Below are positions 1 to 5,398 of a DNA stretch of 32,000 nucleotides, one piece after another. The notes below the pieces were generated by a model. That model made no database searches. It was given only the letters and a program-made list of their open reading frames with translations, and was not told the origin of the DNA. Each line of letters opens with the position of its first letter. The first letter of the stretch is position 1. The position numbers and the translations under genes were made by a program. Source of the stretch: Sedimentisphaera cyanobacteriorum (lineage in GTDB: Bacteria > Planctomycetota > Phycisphaerae > Sedimentisphaerales > Sedimentisphaeraceae); NCBI RefSeq assembly GCF_001997385.1, contig NZ_CP019633.1, positions 2,880,001 through 2,912,000 of the forward strand, in the 5' to 3' direction.

Positions 1-89
1 CAACTCCACAAGGGAATGATGAAGGAAGTCTTTCAAACCCCCATAAATTGACAGAACAAGGCTTAAACAAATATCTTGACAATTATATG
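1..89 (+). pseudogene. 5' remnant of a toxin-tip ORF split by the IS insertion
   Basis: Frame 3..89 is open from the window edge (...TPQGNDEGSLSNPHKLTEQGLNKYLDNYM). It joins in frame, across the TATG target duplication, to ORF 1355..1684. Confidence 0.5.
86..89. repeat. Target-site duplication TATG, left copy
   Basis: TATG immediately precedes the left inverted repeat. An identical TATG immediately follows the right inverted repeat at 1354..1357. Confidence 0.75.
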
Positions 90-112
90 TGTAGCTCTCC
101 CATAGAATTGAA
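90..112. repeat. IS left terminal inverted repeat (IRL)
   Basis: tgtagctctcccatagaattgaa compared with the reverse complement of 1331..1353, tgtgcctctcccctgtctttgaa: 16/23 identical, including the terminal TGT and a CTCTCCC block. Confidence 0.75.
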
Positions 113-176
113 CACTTTAAATTAGACGGTTCCTGAATAATATAAACCAACTCAAATATTTAGAAAGGAACTTAAA

Positions 177-443
177 ATGCGAAGATCGAGGTTTAGTGAA
201 AGCCAGATACTTTCGATTCTCAAGGAGTCAGAAGCCGGTTTAGAGGTCAGTGATTTGACCAGGAAATACGGCATATCCCGTGCCACATTTTACAACTGGA
301 AGAGCAAGTATTCTGGTATTGGCGGCAGTGAGATAAGGCGTTTACGCGAGTTAGAGCGAGAGAACGGCAAGCTCAAAAAGATGTATGCGGACTTATCATT
401 AGAGAATAACGTTCTCAAGGATTTAATAGAAAAAAACTTCTAA
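177..443 (+). CDS. IS3-family transposase OrfA (HTH plus leucine-zipper part)
   Basis: 88 aa. The HTH-like segment SDLTRKYGISRATFYNWKSKY and the coiled-coil tail RRLRELERENGKLKKMYADLSLEN are typical of IS3/IS407 OrfA. Confidence 0.9.
   Translation: MRRSRFSESQILSILKESEAGLEVSDLTRKYGISRATFYNWKSKYSGIGGSEIRRLRELERENGKLKKMYADLSLENNVLKDLIEKNF
431..437 (+). promoter_or_regulatory. Programmed -1 ribosomal frameshift heptamer A_AAA_AAC (OrfA to OrfAB)
   Basis: The zero-frame codons are GAA AAA AAC. The -1 frame is open from 410 and runs into orfB. OrfB is in the -1 frame relative to orfA, and the 410..443 overlap contains the heptamer. Confidence 0.7.
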
Positions 444-496
444 AGCCTGCCGAGCGAAAGGATTTTGCCAGGCAGGCACATTCTAAGGGCTTATGC

Positions 497-1321
497 GTGC
501 AATCATCTTGTAAAGCAGCAGGCATCAGCCGGGGCAGTTTTTACTATACTCCTTCAAGAAACGATGATGCTGAGGTAAAAAGACAGATAGAGCTGGTAAT
601 AGATTCCCGTCCTCGACGCGGATTTCCAAAGATATTCGACAGTATCCGCCGCAAGGGATATAGCTGGAATCACAAAAAGGTTTATCGTGTTTATAAGGAA
701 AATGAATTTCAGCTTAACAACCGTAAAAAGAATTTGATAAGGCAAATAGAGCGTAAACCTATGCCAGAAGCCACGAGAGCTAATGAGATATGGAGTATTG
801 ATTTTATGAGCGATAGTTTGAGTAATGGTCGGCCATTCAGGGCTTTCAACGTTATCGATGAGTTTAACCGTGAGGCATTGGATATTGAGATCGACACGAG
901 CTTACCTTCGCTTCGCATAATTCGTAGCCTTGAATTAATAGGCTCTGATCGGGGTTTCCCCCGCTTTATTCGCAGCGATAATGGGCCGGAATTTAGGAGC
1001 CTTCAATTTCGCAGGTTCTGCTGCCGAAACAGAATCAGGCACCGCCGTATAGAAGCAGGCAAGCCTCAGCAAAACAGTTTTATTGAACGATTCAATCGGA
1101 GTTATCGAGAGGATATACTTGATATGTACAGTTTTAAGAATTTATCAGAAGCTCGTAATTTAACTTTAGATTGGCTTATAGAATATAATTATGAGCGTGG
1201 GCACGAATCACTGGGAGAGAAAACTCCTGTAGAGTATGTTCGCAGTTTTTTGCCTTTCACCCCTCAAAATAATTCTGAAGGGGCAAAAGGAAAAAACTGC
1301 TGTTTGAAGGAATTTGTCTAA
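497..1321 (+). CDS. IS3-family transposase OrfB (DDE/RNase H-fold integrase core), normally made as an OrfAB fusion
   Basis: DDE signature pieces are present: WSIDFM, IRSDNGPEF and NSFIERFNRSYREDIL. The GVTR-type start given in the ORF track is GTG. The true N-terminus is probably supplied by frameshifting at 431..437. Confidence 0.9.
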   Translation: MQSSCKAAGISRGSFYYTPSRNDDAEVKRQIELVIDSRPRRGFPKIFDSIRRKGYSWNHKKVYRVYKENEFQLNNRKKNLIRQIERKPMPEATRANEIWSIDFMSDSLSNGRPFRAFNVIDEFNREALDIEIDTSLPSLRIIRSLELIGSDRGFPRFIRSDNGPEFRSLQFRRFCCRNRIRHRRIEAGKPQQNSFIERFNRSYREDILDMYSFKNLSEARNLTLDWLIEYNYERGHESLGEKTPVEYVRSFLPFTPQNNSEGAKGKNCCLKEFV

Positions 1322-1330
1322 TTATTACTG

Positions 1331-1353
1331 TTCAAAGACAGGGGAGAGGCACA
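1331..1353. repeat. IS right terminal inverted repeat (IRR)
   Basis: ttcaaagacaggggagaggcaca ends in CA and pairs with IRL. It contains GGGGAGAGG 6-8 nt before the ATG at 1355. Confidence 0.75.
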
Positions 1354-1357
1354 TATG
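1354..1357. repeat. Target-site duplication TATG, right copy
   Basis: Identical to 86..89. Its ATG is the first codon of ORF 1355..1684. Confidence 0.75.
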
Positions 1358-1684
1358 AAAAGGCGACTTAATTATTGGAACCCATTTAGTCCATTTACAC
1401 AAGATACTAAGTATTTTGAAAATTATTCAAACCACTACTATGTTTTGAACGGAAAAAAATATACTGGTGAAGAAGTTAATTATATCGGTGTTGGGGCAGC
1501 TGGCGCTCAAAAAGCTTTGCCAAAATCTATGCCAGAAATATGGAACAGATTTTGGCATGGTCATTCAGCTACTGAAGGAGAAAGTTTTTTTTATGACTAT
1601 GGGCATAACAGATTTAATTACCTATTTCCTCGCGTAAACCAAAGCTTCAATAGGCCCTACTTGGGAGGTGGAATATGGCTTTAA
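1355..1684 (+). pseudogene. 3' part of the IS-split toxin-tip ORF (tip 1), function unknown
   Basis: 109-aa ORF continuous in frame with 3..89 once the IS and one TSD copy are removed. It shares an E-x-x-N-Y-[IF]-[GA]-x-G motif (EEVNYIGVGAAG) with tip 3 (SEFTNYFAGYMGG). It overlaps the next ORF by 10 nt. Confidence 0.5.
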
Positions 1685-2358
1685 AGAGTTTCTATAAAAC
1701 AGCATTATCATCGCTAATCACAGTATTTTTTTTGTATCTGGTTAATTATGCTGCCGGCCTAACCCTTACTTCCAGCAGCTTTCTCCTCTCTTCTGCGACA
1801 GCATTTATGCTTATATGGGGTTTGTTTTGGAAGATAGGAATCTCTGCTTCTTTAATTGCCGTGGTTATCGGAGGAATGTTTAACAAAAGAAAGGCAGTGA
1901 GGATAGGGGGCGTATTTTTTCTATTTATAGCACTGGCCTTTATAATAAGCTTGATGTTAGGACAGTGGGGGTACTATCTTAAAATGGGAGCAATAAAGGG
2001 CAGCAGTAAAATACCAGTTTCAAAAATAAAGAATTCTGTGCTCATAAATTTGCCAGATACAAAAAAAGCCGAAACACTGGTACATTATACAGATTTAGAT
2101 TTGAATTTTCCCGAGTGGGCAGGTGATTTGAAGTCACATAGCGTGTGGTATTATAACTCTTCTGGAAACAAAGCTGTTCAGATTTTTTATGGAAACAGGA
2201 CAATTGGTAAATTCTCATATATTATAATTTCAGAAAACAGTGATATTGGTAAGGTATATCCCTACAGCGATGATTATTATGATCAAATTGCTGAGGATTT
2301 TTATCTGACATCCGCTGAGTATAAAGGCCCACTATGGCTTTTTGAACCGGAGAATTAA
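1675..2358 (+). CDS. Multi-pass membrane protein, candidate immunity protein for tip 1
   Basis: 227 aa with about four hydrophobic helices in the first ~100 aa, followed by a soluble domain. Its start ATGGCTTTAA overlaps the stop of the toxin-tip ORF, suggesting translational coupling. Confidence 0.55.
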   Translation: MALKSFYKTALSSLITVFFLYLVNYAAGLTLTSSSFLLSSATAFMLIWGLFWKIGISASLIAVVIGGMFNKRKAVRIGGVFFLFIALAFIISLMLGQWGYYLKMGAIKGSSKIPVSKIKNSVLINLPDTKKAETLVHYTDLDLNFPEWAGDLKSHSVWYYNSSGNKAVQIFYGNRTIGKFSYIIISENSDIGKVYPYSDDYYDQIAEDFYLTSAEYKGPLWLFEPEN

Positions 2359-2360
2359 AT

Positions 2361-2969
2361 ATGTTAAGCGATTTCGTTTACAGCCGGCGGTATGACAGCG
2401 AATCCGGCCTGTACTACTGCCGCGCAAGATACTACAGCCCCGCCCTGGGCGTATTCCATTCCCGCGACCCGCTCGGCTATATCGACAGCATGAACCTCTA
2501 CGCCTACTGCACCAATAACCCCGTAAACTTCATTGATCCCTATGGTGAAAATCTGATTGGCGGAATCATTAACATGTTTGCTGGTGAGGGTTTTGATCTA
2601 TCAGTTGAAATGGGTATGGATGAAGTCAAACAGGTTGGTGCAGCTGCTGGAAAAGGAGCTTTAGATGGGGCTGTAATAGCAGCGGATGCCTATACTATGG
2701 GATTAGTTGGCCCGCTGAACGAACTTGCAGACGAGAAGGTTTGCGAAAACGGAATCGCTGGCAAGGCTTCAAGAGTTGCTGCAGGAATTTCCTCAACGGC
2801 CGCTTATTCTGCTTTGGGGATGAGGAGAGCGGGTATTTCAAGCAAAGTCGAAATCCATGGAGCTCATCATAAATTTGGTAGTTTAGGTAAAAGGTCTCAT
2901 ATACAGTTTACAACTTGGAAATCAGGCGTTAAAAATTCACACAAGATATTTAGAATTCCTTTACGTTGA
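2361..2969 (+). CDS. Orphan Rhs cassette 1: C-terminal Rhs-associated core segment plus variable toxin tip 2
   Basis: The N-terminus RRYDSESGLYYCRARYYSPALGVFHSRDPLGYIDSMNLYAYCTNNPVNFIDPYGE matches the Rhs core end (YYxxRYYxPxxGRFxxxDPxG...NLYxYxxNNPxxxxDPxG). After DPYG (2535..2546) the sequence becomes unrelated and AT-rich. Confidence 0.85.
   Translation: MLSDFVYSRRYDSESGLYYCRARYYSPALGVFHSRDPLGYIDSMNLYAYCTNNPVNFIDPYGENLIGGIINMFAGEGFDLSVEMGMDEVKQVGAAAGKGALDGAVIAADAYTMGLVGPLNELADEKVCENGIAGKASRVAAGISSTAAYSALGMRRAGISSKVEIHGAHHKFGSLGKRSHIQFTTWKSGVKNSHKIFRIPLR
2383..2541 (+). repeat. Conserved Rhs core segment, copy A (near-identical to 3462..3686)
   Basis: gccggcggtatgacagcgaatccggcctgtactactgccgcgc... 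through ...aaccccgtaaacttc-ttgatccct. It differs from copy B by only a handful of substitutions and is GC-richer than the flanks. Confidence 0.85.
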
Positions 2970-2978
2970 GGGTTTAGC

Positions 2979-3329
2979 ATGATTAGAATTAACAATCATA
3001 TATCTACTATCAATGAACTCATAGATCTACTTCATGATCTGTGGATTGACATTTCTACTATTGAATACAATCAACAAAAAGCGAAAATTACTTTTATTGT
3101 AGGTAAATTTGTGAAATCAAAAATATTTAATAAAAAATTTATTCCTTTATTTAATATAAGCGTGAGCCCGGTTGTTGATTATACACTGAATGACAGTGAA
3201 AAGGTAGGTACTTATGATATCAATAAAATAATCATAAATGGAAATGATCTAATAATTATAACGGGAATTCCATTGGTTTTTGAAATAAAATTGGCAAATA
3301 ATTATGTTATTGATGTTGAATATAGATAG
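2979..3329 (+). CDS. Small cytoplasmic protein, candidate immunity protein for tip 2
   Basis: 116 aa, very AT-rich, no hydrophobic helix. It starts 9 nt after the toxin stop, preceded by GAGGG. Confidence 0.5.
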   Translation: MIRINNHISTINELIDLLHDLWIDISTIEYNQQKAKITFIVGKFVKSKIFNKKFIPLFNISVSPVVDYTLNDSEKVGTYDINKIIINGNDLIIITGIPLVFEIKLANNYVIDVEYR

Positions 3330-3373
3330 GTAGCTTACTTTTAAGACCAATTGTTTGAGAAATATTAGAAACA

Positions 3374-4177
3374 ATGTTTAGCGTTGATCATATTGACAGT
3401 ATAGCTCCGAACGGCCAGCCGCTGGATGAAAGTGCAGCCGGCAATCCGTATATGTTCGCCGGCCGGCGGTATGACAGCGAATCCGGCCTGTACTACTGCC
3501 GCGCCAGATACTACAACCCCGCCCTGGGCGTATTCCACTCCCGCGACCCCCTCGGCTATATAGACCAGTTAAACGTAAAGATAAGGGAATTTCTTGTATT
3601 CCACTCCCGCGACCCCCTCGGCTATATAGACAGCATGAACCTCTACGCCTACTGCACCAATAACCCCGTAAACTTCGTTGATCCCTGGGGGGAGAGGCAT
3701 TATAGTAAAATTGAAGTAGAAATTATATTAAACAAAGGAAGACAAACTATTTACAATCCTTTTAAACATTCGATGCCTCCTAAAGCTACTCAAAACTACA
3801 GTCACCCCTATCTAAATAAAATAATTAATCTTATACCTTTAGGGTTCTATCCTGGATGGGATTTTGGTGCTGGCAAGGAGTGCCCAGATACCTATGAAGT
3901 TCCTGGCAGGGGGGAAATGAATGCTTCAGAATTTACAAATTATTTTGCTGGATATATGGGAGGATATCATGGTTCTGGATTAGGCTATCTTGCTATGAGG
4001 ATGGCTGGTAATCTTTATGAAAATTACCAAGGAGATGGTATTCAAAAAGCAAATGTTTTTTCAGGTGATTGTGAAGAAAGCGTTAGAGACATAAATTACG
4101 GAGCATATGATGGCATTAAAAGAAGGCATAAAGATATAAAAGATACTTTTACAGCCTTAAGCAATCTGCTTAATTAG
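3374..4177 (+). CDS. Orphan Rhs cassette 2: Rhs-associated core segment (with internal 22-codon insertion) plus variable toxin tip 3
   Basis: NPYMFAGRRYDSESGLYYCRARYYNPALGVFHSRDPLGYID...SMNLYAYCTNNPVNFVDPWGE. The tip starts after DPWG (3680..3691) and contains NYFAGYMGGYHGSGLGYLAMRMAG. Confidence 0.85.
   Translation: MFSVDHIDSIAPNGQPLDESAAGNPYMFAGRRYDSESGLYYCRARYYNPALGVFHSRDPLGYIDQLNVKIREFLVFHSRDPLGYIDSMNLYAYCTNNPVNFVDPWGERHYSKIEVEIILNKGRQTIYNPFKHSMPPKATQNYSHPYLNKIINLIPLGFYPGWDFGAGKECPDTYEVPGRGEMNASEFTNYFAGYMGGYHGSGLGYLAMRMAGNLYENYQGDGIQKANVFSGDCEESVRDINYGAYDGIKRRHKDIKDTFTALSNLLN
3462..3686 (+). repeat. Conserved Rhs core segment, copy B (copy A plus a 66-bp in-frame insertion)
   Basis: Collinear with 2383..2541, except for the extra 66 nt between the YID codons and the SMNLY codons. 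Confidence 0.85.
3530..3631 (+). repeat. 36-bp perfect direct duplication (3530..3565 and 3596..3631) separated by a 30-bp AT-rich spacer
   Basis: gtattccactcccgcgaccccctcggctatatagac occurs twice with a 66-nt period. The protein reads VFHSRDPLGYID-QLNVKIREFL-VFHSRDPLGYID. Confidence 0.9.
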
Positions 4178-4200
4178 CTGCAGTTCATGATATAAATTTT

Positions 4201-4698
4201 ATGCGGAGACTACCCATGTTAATATTACGAAAAGGCAATGCCATAAGCACAATGTTTTTTGTTATCCTCTGGGCTTTTGTATTTATTGCGATAATCTTTT
4301 TGAGGCAAGGGATTTCATTTAACAATGATAAGCTTGAAAGGCTTCAGCAAAATAATTACATCAAGCTTGGAGCTGCTTTGAATAATTACAGAGATCTGAA
4401 TGGCGGATACCCAGCTAAGAATGAATGGGGCGATTTGCTTATTAACTCTTTCCCATATATCCACAGTTCAGACTTCAAAGATTTTACTGCTGGTGGTATT
4501 TACTCAGCAGCACTGAACGAAGATATATTTGATGATTCACTAAACGAAAGCTCGGTTTTGCTTTTTGGGATCTCTGGAAACAAGAAAAATATGAGCCGAA
4601 AATTCAGCGAAATGAAAGATCCTAAGATTAAATGGATTGTTACAAGCTCCGGCGTTTTTTTCAAAAACAAAGACAAGTACAACAGAGCAAAGGAGTAA
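4201..4698 (+). CDS. N-terminally membrane-anchored small protein, paralog A (candidate immunity protein for tip 3, with pseudopilin/DUF1559-like motif)
   Basis: 165 aa with one hydrophobic helix (MFFVILWAFVFIAIIFL), followed by NNYIKLGAALNNYRDLNGGYPAKNEWGDLLI. It is a paralog of the next ORF. An alternative start exists at 4216. Confidence 0.6.
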   Translation: MRRLPMLILRKGNAISTMFFVILWAFVFIAIIFLRQGISFNNDKLERLQQNNYIKLGAALNNYRDLNGGYPAKNEWGDLLINSFPYIHSSDFKDFTAGGIYSAALNEDIFDDSLNESSVLLFGISGNKKNMSRKFSEMKDPKIKWIVTSSGVFFKNKDKYNRAKE

Positions 4699-4700
4699 AA

Positions 4701-5219
4701 ATGAGATCTAAAAAAAATGTAGGCCCTATTAATATTCTCCTTTTGGGAGGCTGGCTTTTTTGCGTCCTTTTCGCAGCAGTTCAGTTTAGAATATTATTTG
4801 AAGGTTATGAAAATTGGGCACTGCTGCACAAACGAAACTATTTGAAAGTCGCCTATGCCTTAAACGAGTATGAGAAATCTTTTGGAAAATATCCGGATAG
4901 TAAAAGCTGGTATGATGATATTATAAATGAATACAACTTTGTGTCGGAAGAAGACTTCTTGCTTTTAGGGGAAAAAGAGAGCTTTAATATTGCATTAAAC
5001 AGAAATCTGATGGGTAAACAAAGAAAAGGGAAATATACAGTGCTTTTATATCAGGGCTCTGACAAGAAAAATCAGATAGGGGTAAAAGCAGATTACAAGA
5101 AATCAAAGGGCTGGGTTATTACAGTTGGAGGTGACTACTTCGAATTTGACAAAGACTCAGGTGTGCTGAAATCAGAAACAGAATCAAAAGTGATGCAGCC
5201 TCAAGATTTGAGATTTTAG
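4701..5219 (+). CDS. N-terminally membrane-anchored small protein, paralog B (candidate orphan or second immunity protein)
   Basis: I chose the ATG at 4701, preceded by AAGGAG at 4690..4695, rather than the track start at 4632. One helix (INILLLGGWLFCVLFAAV) is followed by RNYLKVAYALNEYEKSFGKYPDSKSWYDDII. Confidence 0.6.
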   Translation: MRSKKNVGPINILLLGGWLFCVLFAAVQFRILFEGYENWALLHKRNYLKVAYALNEYEKSFGKYPDSKSWYDDIINEYNFVSEEDFLLLGEKESFNIALNRNLMGKQRKGKYTVLLYQGSDKKNQIGVKADYKKSKGWVITVGGDYFEFDKDSGVLKSETESKVMQPQDLRF

Positions 5220-5346
5220 ATTTGAATCGGAAGAAAACAGAGTTGCCGGCGGGCGCAGGCTGGACAGAAAGCATGAGCGATTTGGCGGCGGCGTGGCTTT
5301 GATGATATAGGCAGCGTTAATTTTGCGAATAAGGAGTTCGGAATTG

Positions 5347-5373
5347 AAAAAGCCGGCTTTTTGTGTCGGCTTT
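5347..5373. terminator. Hairpin between convergent genes (possible bidirectional terminator, mainly for aroC)
   Basis: agccggc-tttttgt-gtcggct forms a 7-bp stem with one wobble on the + strand. It is flanked by AAAAA on the left, which is a T-run on the minus strand after aroC, and by TTT on the right. Confidence 0.4.
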
Positions 5374-5398
5374 AATACGTGAAAGGGAGTAACAAATT

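Larger units (their letters stand above)
90..1353 (+). mobile_element. IS3-family insertion sequence (IS407-group-like), 1264 bp, apparently intact
   Basis: TG...CA termini. 23-nt imperfect terminal inverted repeats match at 16/23 positions. Two overlapping transposase frames have a -1 slippery site. A 4-bp direct repeat flanks the element. Confidence 0.9.

Noticed and set aside
554-918. Two minus-strand ORFs inside the IS
   Set aside because: They are antisense to transposase orfB and have an AT-rich, Ile/Leu/Ser-biased artefactual translation.
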